Assembly (NCBI GenBank): GCA_963727485.1
Contig: CAVSGM010000002.1
Coordinates: 1,472,001-1,536,000 of the forward strand
DNA from: an uncultured delta proteobacterium
Lineage (GTDB): Bacteria; Myxococcota; Myxococcia; SLRQ01
DNA length: 64,000 nt
Direction: 5' to 3'
Shown here: positions 1 to 9,198 of the stretch, piece by piece
Numbering within the stretch: the first letter of the stretch is position 1
Layout: the number at the start of each line of letters is the position of its first letter
Position numbers and translations under genes: made by a program
The notes under the pieces: model-generated
Databases searched by the model: none
The model's input: the letters and a program-made list of their open reading frames with translations, nothing else
Told to the model about the DNA's origin: nothing

Positions 1-2
1 CC

Positions 3-776
3 GTGGCCGGCACCCGCAACGTCGCCCGGGCGAGCCTCGACGGCGGGGTCCGGCGCCTGGTCTACATCGGCACCACCGCCGTCTACGGGGTGCCCAAGGT
101 GTTCCCGGTCCCCGAGACCGAGCCCCTCGACCCCCTGGGCCCCTACGCGGTGGCCAAGGAGCAGGCCGAGGAGCTCCTCCGGGAGGCGCGGCGCGCCGGC
201 CTCCACGCCAGCATCATCCGCCCCAAGTCGTTCATCGGCACCGGGCGCCTGGGGGTGTTCCAGATCCTCTTCGACTGGGTGGAGGCGGGCAAGCGCCTCC
301 CGGTCCTGGGCGACGGCGAGAACCGCTACCAGCTCCTCGAGGTGACCGACCTCGCCGACGCGGTGTGGCGGATCGCCGAGTCGGGCGCCGAGGCCACCGA
401 GTACAACGTCGGCGCCACCCGCTTCGGCACGGTGAACGCCGACCTCACCGCCCTGTGCGCGCACGCGGGCACCGGGGCCCGCCTGCGCCACGTGCCCACC
501 GGCGCCGCCAAGCAGGCGCTGCGGGTGCTCCACCGCCTCCACCTCTCGCCCCTCTACCCCTGGGTCTACGAGACCTGCGATCACGACAGCGCCGTGGACA
601 CCCGGAAGATCGAGGCGGCGCTCGGCTTCGCCCCGCGGTACTCCAACGCCGAGATGCTCTGCGCCACCTACGACTGGTACCGCGCCGAGGGCCGGCACCT
701 GGCGCGGCGCACCGGCACCGGCCACCGCGCCGGGTGGGACCAGGGGGTGCTCCGGCTCCTCAAGGCCGTCTCCTAG
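3..776 (+). CDS. NAD-dependent epimerase/dehydratase (extended SDR, 3-beta-HSD-like), 5' end outside the window
   Basis: YxxxK catalytic motif (YAVAK), TTAVYG, IIRP; no N-terminal GxxGxxG, consistent with truncation at the window edge. Confidence 0.85.
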   Translation: MAGTRNVARASLDGGVRRLVYIGTTAVYGVPKVFPVPETEPLDPLGPYAVAKEQAEELLREARRAGLHASIIRPKSFIGTGRLGVFQILFDWVEAGKRLPVLGDGENRYQLLEVTDLADAVWRIAESGAEATEYNVGATRFGTVNADLTALCAHAGTGARLRHVPTGAAKQALRVLHRLHLSPLYPWVYETCDHDSAVDTRKIEAALGFAPRYSNAEMLCATYDWYRAEGRHLARRTGTGHRAGWDQGVLRLLKAVS

Positions 777-841
777 GTGCGCCGAGGAGAAAGCTGCGGT
801 AGAGGAGCGTTCCCCCGCCACCCTTTTGCCCAGAGGCCCGG

Positions 842-1672
842 ATGTCCGCCCCCAAGAAGCACCCGAAGCCGCGCGCCCCGAAGCTCACCGCCGCCACCGC
901 CGACCGCCACGTGCTCTACGAGAAGTCGGTGCAGTGCCCCGAGGCCGACGTCGACTTCCTCGACAAGGTCTACAAGAAGGCCTACGGGCGCAAGCCGCAC
1001 CGGCTCCGGGAGGACTTCTGCGGCACCGCGGCGCTGTGCGCCGAGTGGGTGCGCCGGGGCGGGAAGCGCGAGGCCCTGGGCGTGGACCTCCACCGGCCCA
1101 CCCTGAAGTGGGGCGAGCAGCACAACCTGGCGCCGCTGGGCGAGGCCGCCGAGCGGGTGACCCTCCTGGAGACCGACGTCCGCGACCCGGTGGGCGAGAA
1201 GGCCGAGGTGCGGGTGGCCTTCAACTTCTCCTACTTCGTGTTCAAGCGCCGCGCCGAGCTCCTCGAGTACTTCCGGGCGGCGCGGGTGGGCCTCGCCGAC
1301 GAGGGCCTCTTCGCCCTCGACCTCCTCGGGGGCCCCGACGCCCAGTCCCTCCTCGAGGAGAGCCGGGAGATCGACGGCTTCGACTACGTGTGGGATCAGG
1401 ACGCCTTCAACCCCATCGACCACGGCTACCGCTGCCACATCCACTTCGACTTCCCCGACGGGACGCGGATGGAGAAGGCGTTCACCTACGACTGGCGGCT
1501 GTGGCACCTGATGGAGCTGCGCGACGTCCTCGCCGACGCCGGGTTCTCGAAGACCGAGGTCTACTGGGAGGGCACCGAGCCCGGGACCGACGAGGGCAAC
1601 GGCGTGTTCAAGCGGCGCACCAAGGTGGAGAACGAGGCCTGCTGGGTGGCCTACATCGTCGCCTGGCCCTAG
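842..1672 (+). CDS. Class I SAM-dependent methyltransferase
   Basis: REDFCGTA motif I variant, GVDL motif II, AFNFSY; GC3-rich codon usage. Confidence 0.8.
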   Translation: MSAPKKHPKPRAPKLTAATADRHVLYEKSVQCPEADVDFLDKVYKKAYGRKPHRLREDFCGTAALCAEWVRRGGKREALGVDLHRPTLKWGEQHNLAPLGEAAERVTLLETDVRDPVGEKAEVRVAFNFSYFVFKRRAELLEYFRAARVGLADEGLFALDLLGGPDAQSLLEESREIDGFDYVWDQDAFNPIDHGYRCHIHFDFPDGTRMEKAFTYDWRLWHLMELRDVLADAGFSKTEVYWEGTEPGTDEGNGVFKRRTKVENEACWVAYIVAWP

Positions 1673-1795
1673 GGCGCCGATTGCCGGCTCCGCGGCGCCT
1701 CCTCGGGGCTTCTCCGTGGAAGGTGTCCGCCATTGATCGCGTCTGCTCCGGGATGCTCCAGTGGTGCCTGCTGGGGAGAAAGGGGTGGGCAACCC

Positions 1796-2317
1796 ATGAA
1801 AGGCGTGATCGTCAAGTGTCTCCAGGACCTGGTGGAGACGAAGTTCGGCAAGGAGAAGTGGCAGGAGATCCGCAAGGAGGCCGGGGTGCCCATGGGCACC
1901 CTGATCCTGGTGAGCTCGGACATGCCCGACGCGCAGGCGCTGGAGATCCTCGCCGCGGCGGAGCGGGTGCTGGGCATCAGCTCGGTGGAGGCGGCCGACG
2001 CCTTCGGTGAGCACTGGATGATGGTGTACGCACCGAAGATCTACGGCGCGGTGTTCCGCAACACCACCGGCGCCCGGGACTTCCTGCTGAAGATGAACGA
2101 CCTCCACAAGGTGGTGGTGGAGCGCTTCGAGAACGCGACGCCGCCGCGCTTCGACTACGCTTGGGAGGACGACGACACCCTGGTGATGACCTACCACTCC
2201 AAGCGCGGGCTGATGGACATCTTCGCCGGGCTCGCCAAGGGCGTGGGGCTCTACTTCAAGGAGCCGCTCACGGTCACCCGCCTGGGCAGCGATTGGCTGC
2301 GCATCCACTTCGGGTAG
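1796..2317 (+). CDS. Heme NO-binding (H-NOX/HNOB) domain protein
   Basis: N-terminus MKGVI...KFG...W, proximal His region NDLH, PPxF, YxSxR motif (YHSKR); ATG at 1796 preferred over 1733. Confidence 0.88.
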   Translation: MKGVIVKCLQDLVETKFGKEKWQEIRKEAGVPMGTLILVSSDMPDAQALEILAAAERVLGISSVEAADAFGEHWMMVYAPKIYGAVFRNTTGARDFLLKMNDLHKVVVERFENATPPRFDYAWEDDDTLVMTYHSKRGLMDIFAGLAKGVGLYFKEPLTVTRLGSDWLRIHFG

Positions 2318-2383
2318 CGCGCGTGCCAGGTGGCAGGGTCCGGAGGTGCCAGATGGCGTCCCCGGATCCGGCCGGCCCCCGGA

Positions 2384-3928
2384 TCACCGGGGCAGGCCCG
2401 CCGCCTGCTTCACCGCCTGGAGCAGGGGATCCCTCGGGCCAGTGGGGTCGCCGGGGTCCCCGTCCCGGAAGTACCCGGCGCCCAGCTCCCAGATCACCAC
2501 CCCCCCGAGGCCCTGGGCCCGGACGTAGTCGAGCTTCGCCCCTATCGCCTTCGGGCTCTCGTAGCTGACGAAGAGGTCCTCGGGGGTGCCGAGGGCGTTG
2601 CCCTCGTAGCCCCGCGCCGAGCCCAGGGTGAAGCCGTCCCAGGTGTCCCCGTCGCCGTCGAGGTCGAGGGCGATGACGGTCTGCTTCAGGCCCAGGTAGC
2701 TGGCCGCGGCGCCGGGGTCGTAGCTGGGGGTCCCCAGCGCCAGGTACCGGGCGAGGTTGTAGTAGGGCACCGCGCTCATCACCTGGGCGGTGGCCCGATC
2801 GGCGCAGTCGACCCGGTGGCCGCCGGCGTCGTGGTAGCTCCAGAAGGCCCCGGGGGCGGTGATGCCCTCGCCGGTGCAGCGCTGGTGCTCGACGTCCGCC
2901 TGGGCCACGTTCACCCACAGGGTCCCGGTGAAGGGGATGGCGACGCCCAGGTGGCGGCGGGGGATGCCGGCGGCGAGGTGGGCGCGGGCGAGCCCGCTCA
3001 CCGAGGGCACCGGGACCGGGAAGGCGTCGAGGGAGACCACCCCCGCCTGGTAGAGGGCGCTCCCGTGCCAGCTCGGCCACCCGCTCCACAGGCCCATGAG
3101 CTCGAAGGACAAGAGGTTGACCTGGTCGAAGGTGTCCTGGAGGCGGGCGAAGAGGGCCGGGCGGTTCACCACCGCCGAGGCGGTGAGCCGCATCCGGGTG
3201 CCCACGGCCGGGGTGAGGGTGTCGAGGCGCGCCCGCAGCTGCTCGGCGAAGGCCACGTAGGGCCCCTGGTCGGTGGCGGCGACCGGCTCGAGGTCGAGGT
3301 CCACTCCGTCGAAGCCCCAGGTGGTCACGAAGGTGGCGAGGTGGTCCACCAGCGCCGTCCGGGCGGTGTCGTCGTTCATCGCCTGGGCCAGCGCCGAGCC
3401 GCCGCCCAGGGAGATGAGGATGGGCCGGCCGTGGGCGTGGGCGGCGGGGACGATGTCGAGGAGCTTGTCGGGATCGAGGTTCTGGTCGCAGGCGACCTCG
3501 GGGAGCGTCCCGTCGGGGCGGGCGGTCAGGCCCAGGTAGACGAGGTGGGTGAAGGCGTCGAAGTCGAGCTCGGCGCTGGTGAGGTTCCCCCAGTTGCCGC
3601 AGAGCTTCCCGTCGCCGTCGGTGTCGCCGGCGTAGTGGTTCCAGCTCGCCAGCACCGCGGTGACCCAGGGGTCCACCGGGACGATGGGCCCGCCGATGAG
3701 GCCGCCGTCGGGCAGCGTGTCGCCGCCGTCCCAGCCGCCGGCGTCGGCGCCGGCGTTCGTGCCCCCGTCGGTCGCGCCCCCGTCGTCCCCGCCGGCATCG
3801 ACGGGGCCGGCGTCGGCGGTGGCGCCCGGGTCGCCGGTGTCGTTGGGGGCGGCGACCACCCCCCCGGTGCACCCGGCGGCGAGGAGCAGGATCGAGGCGA
3901 GGACGGACGGGCAGCGTGCAGCGCGCAT
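2384..3928 (-). CDS. Glycoside hydrolase family 18 (chitinase-like) lipoprotein
   Basis: Lipobox LAAGC, DAG-rich linker, ISLGG, catalytic DGVDLDLE, C-terminal GLGGVVIWELG. Confidence 0.88.
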   Translation of the reverse strand: MRAARCPSVLASILLLAAGCTGGVVAAPNDTGDPGATADAGPVDAGGDDGGATDGGTNAGADAGGWDGGDTLPDGGLIGGPIVPVDPWVTAVLASWNHYAGDTDGDGKLCGNWGNLTSAELDFDAFTHLVYLGLTARPDGTLPEVACDQNLDPDKLLDIVPAAHAHGRPILISLGGGSALAQAMNDDTARTALVDHLATFVTTWGFDGVDLDLEPVAATDQGPYVAFAEQLRARLDTLTPAVGTRMRLTASAVVNRPALFARLQDTFDQVNLLSFELMGLWSGWPSWHGSALYQAGVVSLDAFPVPVPSVSGLARAHLAAGIPRRHLGVAIPFTGTLWVNVAQADVEHQRCTGEGITAPGAFWSYHDAGGHRVDCADRATAQVMSAVPYYNLARYLALGTPSYDPGAAASYLGLKQTVIALDLDGDGDTWDGFTLGSARGYEGNALGTPEDLFVSYESPKAIGAKLDYVRAQGLGGVVIWELGAGYFRDGDPGDPTGPRDPLLQAVKQAAGLPR

Positions 3929-4071
3929 CGGACACCCCCCGGAATACGAGGCGCGGGTCGTTCACCTTTCGGTATAGGGCCCCAGGGCAATCGGGCACCT
4001 GGGTCTTTGTAAACCCCGGGCCGCGACCGACGGGATCGATCCGCGGCGGGTTGTCGCGCCGCGGCGGTCGG

Positions 4072-4308
4072 CTACCGAAGCCGATCGACGCGGGGCAGGT
4101 CGGACCCCTTCACCCCGAGCCCCGCGGTGCTCACGCCCAGCGCCATGTAGATCGGGCAGCGGCCGGAGATCCCGGTCATCAGCGGGATGATTCCCAGAAG
4201 GCCCCAGGCGAGGTGCGGGCCGACGAAGGTGAGGGTGATGAGGGTGGCGCCGAGGACGACGCGGAGCAGCCGGTCGAGGCGGTGCTCGTTCTTCGGGGGG
4301 CAGGTCAT
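4072..4308 (-). CDS. DUF2892/YgaP-like small membrane protein
   Basis: KNExxxDRxxR, two hydrophobic segments, G-x-CPIY-x-LG signature; start placed at ATG 4308. Confidence 0.8.
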   Translation of the reverse strand: MTCPPKNEHRLDRLLRVVLGATLITLTFVGPHLAWGLLGIIPLMTGISGRCPIYMALGVSTAGLGVKGSDLPRVDRLR

Positions 4309-4403
4309 GGGGAGTCTCCAAGGGCGCACGGGGGCGCGCGGTTGGAGATCCTGAGCCACGGCGCGGGGAAAAGGATTCCCCGGCGGCGGAAGCAGGAAGC
4401 GAA

Positions 4404-4898
4404 TCAGGCTGCCCTGTCGCGCCGCCAGCCGCCGCGGGCGTGCTTGAGCAGGAGAGGCCCGGTCTCCGGCTCCGTGACAGCGCGCTCCTTGAGCTGCGGG
4501 TAATCCTTCACCGGCTCACGGGACAGCACCAGCATCCGCAGGAGGCGCTCGGCGGTCCTGCCCATCGGTTGTGGCTTGTCGCCCCGCTCCCAGCGGGAGA
4601 CGGTCTCGGGCGTGACGCCGATCTCGCCGGCGAAGTCGACCCCGGCAAGACCGAGCCAGGTCCGAAGGAAGCGGATCTCCGCGGCAGACAGCCGGGGCAC
4701 CTTCGTCGCCAGGGTGTGGGCCAGAGCACGGTGCAGGTCCTCGACGGCGTGGACGACCACTTCCTCTTCCCCGCAGTTCGGGCAGCGGAGCACCTCGGCG
4801 CCGACCAGGGTGACGTTGGGTGGCCCGCACTCGTACCGGTGGTTCTCGCGGGACCGCTTCATCTGGGAACCGCAGATCACGCACTTGGAAGCTGCCAT
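4404..4898 (-). CDS. MqsA-family antitoxin (YgiT-type Zn finger plus XRE HTH)
   Basis: CVIC...CPNCGE zinc ribbon, EIRFLR...IGVTPETVSRWE HTH; ATG overlaps the stop of the upstream toxin remnant (TGATG). Confidence 0.85.
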   Translation of the reverse strand: MAASKCVICGSQMKRSRENHRYECGPPNVTLVGAEVLRCPNCGEEEVVVHAVEDLHRALAHTLATKVPRLSAAEIRFLRTWLGLAGVDFAGEIGVTPETVSRWERGDKPQPMGRTAERLLRMLVLSREPVKDYPQLKERAVTEPETGPLLLKHARGGWRRDRAA

Positions 4899-5092
4899 CA
4901 CTTCCTCCACGCCGTTCCGACGACCATGCGATCCGGCACCACGCGGTAGCGCCAGCTCTCATGCTCGAGTTCAGGCTCGTCCAGGATCTTGCCGCAGCGG
5001 AGCACGTTGATGACGTCGTTGACGATGAGATTGGGCTGCGCCATCTGCTCTTGCGCGTGCTTGCTGATGGAGAAGGACCCGCTCTTCAGGAT
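4898..5092 (-). pseudogene. DUF4258/RelE-like toxin remnant
   Basis: Manual translation ILKSGSFSISKHAQEQMAQPNLIVNDVINVLRCGKILDEPELEHESWRYRVVPDRMVVGTAWRK*; no start codon before the SKHA motif (in-frame TAG upstream) and the C-terminal strands look shortened. Confidence 0.7.
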
Positions 5093-5238
5093 GGGACCGG
5101 TCCTCCGGAAGCGACCACACCAGACAACCCCCGCGGTCTATCCCCCATTGGAAGCCCCGCCACAGCCCCGCCCAGACCTATTAGGATGATCCACCCAAGA
5201 CCCGCGGCCGGGGCGTCGGGTCGCCAAGAGGAGGGTGG

Positions 5239-5370
5239 ATGCCCAAGGCACGGAAGGCGAAGGCGGCCACGTCCGGAACCGCGCCGCTCGGCTTCGAGGC
5301 AAACCTCTGGCAGGCGGCCAACAGGCTGCGCAACAACATGCATGCGGCCGAGTGCAAGCAGGTCGCATGA
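5239..5370 (+). pseudogene. Type I restriction-modification HsdM N-terminal fragment
   Basis: [43 protein letters not shown] resembles the HsdM N-terminus (GFExxLWxAAxxLRxNMxAAEYK); GAGGAGG Shine-Dalgarno upstream. Confidence 0.75.
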
Positions 5371-5984
5371 CTGACTGCGAGGGTGGAGCCACGTCGAGCG
5401 GGAGCGAGTTCCTGGTCCATGCCGGGGAGGACGAAGCCGCCCGCGTCCCGGTGCGCCTCGACGATGGCGCCGTCTGGCTCACCCAGCGGCTCATGGCGGA
5501 CCTGTACGGCAAGGACGTGCGGACCATCAACGAGCACCTTCGGAACATCTACGACGAGGGCGAGCTGGACCACGCCATCCGCCAAATCGTCGCCGGCGCC
5601 GTGGTTTCCGATCAGGTCATCTCCATCCTTTCGGACCAGTTCCTCGCCGAGGTCCGGGGCCTGAAGCAGAAGAACCTCGCCGTGGAGCTGCTGCGCCGCC
5701 TCCTCAACGACGAGGTCAAGGGCCGGGCACGGCGCAACCTGGTCGAGGCCCGACGGTTCTCAGAGCGCCTCGAGAAGTCGATCCACCAGGAGCTGGTGAA
5801 GACCGTGCGCGGAAACCTGACCATCGACTGGGCCGTCCGCGAGAGCGTCCGCGCCAAGCTCCGGGCGATGGTCAAGCGCATCCTGCGCAAGTACGGCTAC
5901 CCCCCGGACAGGCAGGAGGCGGCCACCAACACCGTGCTCCAGCAGGCGGAGCTCTTCAGCGCCCGGTGGATGGCGGTGGCTTGA
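5367..5984 (+). pseudogene. Chimera of a RhuM-family N-terminus and the HsdR C-terminal (DUF3387-like) region
   Basis: [33 protein letters not shown] (RhuM-like) joined in frame to AIRQIV...KNLAVELL...[30 protein letters not shown] (HsdR C-terminus). Confidence 0.75.
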
Positions 5985-6023
5985 CCGGGTGAGCACCCCC
6001 GGCCCCTGGCGCAGCGCCCCAAG

Positions 6024-6533
6024 TCAAGTGCGAGCGTTGCCTGCCGCCAACAGCGCAGCCAGGAAGACATCCGCTTCCAACGAGCCCCGGATCCTCTCCC
6101 AGGCCGAAAATGCCGCTTGCGCCGACCTCACCAGATCGAGGCACTCCGACTTCCCAAAGGCATGGCTAAGATCGTAGTCGGCCTCGTGTCGAGCCTGCTG
6201 GAGGTCTACGAAAGTACCGGCCACTCGCTTCAGGTCGTCCGATATTCGGTGGCCGCCGAGAGCATCGAGCCACGGATCGGCGGGCGTTCCGCCATGAAAG
6301 CCCATTGCGGCCTTCTTCATCGTGCCATGAGAGAACGCTCGCCCAAGCGCATGTCGGAGCGCCGCACCGTCTGCTCGTCGGACCAGCCTCCTCGTGGCCT
6401 CGTCCACGAGCAGGTGGAACAATGCGTAGTAGGCAGCCGAGATGGCTCGCCGCAGACTCGCCTGCTTCGGTCGTCGAGGTTCCTTGTTGGCGAGGAGCTC
6501 CGCTTGGGCCAGGAGGTCAGTATGGAGGCTCAC
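6024..6533 (-). CDS. HEPN-domain protein
   Basis: RRAISAAYYALFH and RHEADY motifs typical of HEPN folds. Confidence 0.75.
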   Translation of the reverse strand: MSLHTDLLAQAELLANKEPRRPKQASLRRAISAAYYALFHLLVDEATRRLVRRADGAALRHALGRAFSHGTMKKAAMGFHGGTPADPWLDALGGHRISDDLKRVAGTFVDLQQARHEADYDLSHAFGKSECLDLVRSAQAAFSAWERIRGSLEADVFLAALLAAGNART

Positions 6534-6802
6534 CCGGCCGCCGCCTGCTCACTCTGGCTCCGGAAGCGGACGTACACCCAGGGCGGGTGGTCCTCCACCA
6601 ATCCCCGGACGGCCGTGTCGACGCGGTCCCGGATCTCGCCTCGGTTGAGATCGGTGAGGTCCTCGTCCTGAAGCGTCACCCAGACCCAGACGGCCTCGTC
6701 TCCGGTCGCGTCGGCGCCGCTCTTGACGTCCCAATCCAACACATGCGCCGGCAGGTCGAGGGCGCGCAGCGCCTGGTACACGTCATCGACTCGCATGATC
6801 AC
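6530..6802 (-). CDS. Small protein translationally coupled to the HEPN gene (possible antitoxin)
   Basis: About 90 aa, 4-nt GTGA overlap with the HEPN start; TAGGCT -10-like box upstream. Confidence 0.6.
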   Translation of the reverse strand: MIMRVDDVYQALRALDLPAHVLDWDVKSGADATGDEAVWVWVTLQDEDLTDLNRGEIRDRVDTAVRGLVEDHPPWVYVRFRSQSEQAAAG

Positions 6803-6854
6803 AGCCTAGCCAGCCCTGCAAAGGGCTGCAACGGACCGGTGCGGCGGCCGCCGC

Positions 6855-7655
6855 CTACGCCTCCTGCCCCTCGGGCAGGAAGAGGCCGATGGCCTGGAAC
6901 CCGGCGTCCACGTACACCGTCTCCCCGGTGACCCCGCCGCCGAGCTGGTCGCAGAGCAGCGCCAGCGCCATCCCCCCGACCTCCTCGTGGGTGATGTGGC
7001 GCCCCAGCATCGACATCGGCCCGGCCACCGAGTAGAGGCTGGAGAACCCGGGGATCGACCGGGCGGCCACCGTCTTCACCGGCCCGGCGCTGATAGCGTT
7101 GACCCGGATGCCCCTCGGGCCCAGGTCGTAGGCGCAAAACCGCATCGAGGCCTCGAGGGCCGCCTTGGCGACGCCCATGAGGTTGTAGTGGGGCACCACC
7201 CGCTCGGCGGCAAGATAGCTCAAGGTGACCATGCTGCCGCCGCCCGGCATCAGCTTCGCCGCCCGGTTGGCGACGGCGACCAGCGAGTAGGCCGAGACGT
7301 CCATGGCGGTCTGCCAGTCGGCGCGGCTGACCTCCACGAAGGGGTTCTGGAAGGTCGCAGGCGGCGCGAAGGCCAGGGCGTGGACCACGTAGTCGAGATG
7401 GCCCATCTCCTGCTCGACCTTGGCGAAGAGGGCGTCGAGCGCCTCGTCGCTGGTGACGTCGCACTCGGCGAGGACGGTGCCGTCCATCTCGGCCGTGAGC
7501 TTCTCCAGGGTCGGGCGCACCCGCTCGCCCTGGTAGCTGAAGGCGAGGCGCGCGCCGGCCTCCGCCAGCGGCTTCGCGATGGCCCACCCCAGCGACCGGT
7601 GATTGGTCACGCCCATCACCAGGCCGTTCTTCCCCTTCAGATCGATGGCGTACAT
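6855..7655 (-). CDS. fabI: Enoyl-ACP reductase
   Basis: GVTNHRSLGW, SAYSL, YNLMGVAKAALE, RVNAISAGPVKT, TGETVYVDAG. Confidence 0.95.
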   Translation of the reverse strand: MYAIDLKGKNGLVMGVTNHRSLGWAIAKPLAEAGARLAFSYQGERVRPTLEKLTAEMDGTVLAECDVTSDEALDALFAKVEQEMGHLDYVVHALAFAPPATFQNPFVEVSRADWQTAMDVSAYSLVAVANRAAKLMPGGGSMVTLSYLAAERVVPHYNLMGVAKAALEASMRFCAYDLGPRGIRVNAISAGPVKTVAARSIPGFSSLYSVAGPMSMLGRHITHEEVGGMALALLCDQLGGGVTGETVYVDAGFQAIGLFLPEGQEA

Positions 7656-7766
7656 GGCGGCGCAGCTTTGCCCAGGCCGGCGCCGAGGTAAAGGGGATTG
7701 CGCGCGATGGCCCGACCCCCGGCGCGGCGGCTCGACAGCCGGCGCCCCTGGCCCCACCCTGTCCCC

Positions 7767-7874
7767 ATGACCGGCTTCGAGTGGGTGGTGGTGGGCTTCC
7801 TGGTGAGCTGCCCGGCGATCGTGGGCGCGGGGTGGCTCCTGTCCAAGGTCCGCGAGCGGCGCCGGGGGTTCTAG
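7767..7874 (+). CDS. Putative 35-aa single-pass membrane microprotein
   Basis: MTGFEWVVVGFLVSCPAIVGAGWLLSKVRERRRGF*; every sense codon ends in G or C; hydrophobic helix followed by a basic tail. Confidence 0.5.
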   Translation: MTGFEWVVVGFLVSCPAIVGAGWLLSKVRERRRGF

Positions 7875-9191
7875 GCGCGTGGCTCGGCCGGCAGCGGCCG
7901 CACCCTTCTCACCCGCACCTGCCTGACCCGCCTATCGTTGCGCTTGACCACGGTGAGCTGCAGGCCGTCGTGGAAGAAGGTGTCCCCGGTCGCCGGGATT
8001 GCCCCGGCGAGGAGGTTGAGGAAGCCGGCGACGGTCTCGAAGTCCTCGTCCTCGGGGAGCTGTGCGGTGAACGCCCGGTTGAAGTCCTCGACGTCCATGG
8101 ACCCGCGCACCAAGAACGAGCCGTCGGCGAGCGCCTCCACGTCCTCGGCCTCGGGGCGGTCGAACTCGTCCTCGATCTCGCCGACGATCTCCTCGAGGAT
8201 GTCCTCGAGGGTGATGATGCCCATGAAGCCGCCGAACTCGTCGACCACCGCCGCCAGGTGGACATGGTTCTGCTGCATCTCGCGCATCAGCTCGCCGATG
8301 GGCTTGGACCAGGGCACGAACGGCGCCGGCCGCAGGACCTTCAAGAGCTCGATGGGCTCCCCGCGCTCCACCAGGGGGATGATGTCCTTGGCGTTGATGA
8401 GCCCCACGATGTTGTCGATCTCCTCGCGGTAGACCGGCACCCTCGTGTGGCCCTTGCCGGCGAGGAGCTCGAGGATGTCTCCGGAGGTGGCGCCGATCTC
8501 CAGGGCCACCACCTGGGTCCGCGGGACCATCACCTCCTTGGCGGTGGTCTCCCCGAACTCGAAGATTCTGGTGGATGAGCTCGGGGGTGGGGACCGCGAG
8601 GCCGCCCCGGGCGGCGTGGGTGGCGAGGTGGCGCTCGAGCTCGTCCAACGGCGGCACCGCCCGGAGCCGGGCGGTGTCGAGGCCGAAGGGCGCCAGCAGC
8701 CGGTCGGCGATCCACCGGGCCAGCGACACGAAGGGCCCGCCGAAGAACACCGTGATCCGCGCCGGCACCGCCAGGCGCCGGGCGACCTTGGGGGCGGCGT
8801 GGGTGGCGTAGGCCCGGGGCAAGAGGTCCCCGAGGAGGAACACCCCCCCGGCGGCGAGGAGGCCGGCGACCACCGCGCCGGCGAGGGCCCCCCCGGGGGT
8901 GCCCAAGAACCGGCTGAGCTGCGGCCCGAGGCGGTGGACCCCGAGGAGCGCCGCCAGGGCCCCGGCCAGGGCCAGGGCCGCCGCCTGGGCCGCCCGGAGC
9001 GTGGTGGAGGTGCGGTCCGCCCGGGCCTTGAGGGCGAGGACGCTCTTGGCCCCCCGGAGCTTCTCGGCGACCATCGCCTCGGCCTGGCGCCGGCCCACCG
9101 AGGCCAGCGCCGTCTCCGCCCCCGAGCAGATCGCCCGGAGCCACACCGCCAGGACCGCCCCCATGAGGGCGATGAGGTCCAGGGCGCCCAT
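7871..9191 (-). CDS. Hemolysin/CNNM family protein (CNNM-CBS-CBS-CorC_HlyC), +1 frameshift near 8566
   Basis: SGAETAL and GDLLPR N-terminal part in one frame; EVMVPRT, HTRVPVY, VVDEFGG, LEDILEEIVGEIEDEFD in another; deleting one base at GATTC 8564-8568 joins them. Confidence 0.88.
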
Positions 9192-9198
9192 CGCCGCG

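Noticed and set aside
4360..6850. Defence islet as an active mobile element
   Set aside because: No integrase, transposase, tRNA target or flanking direct repeats could be seen
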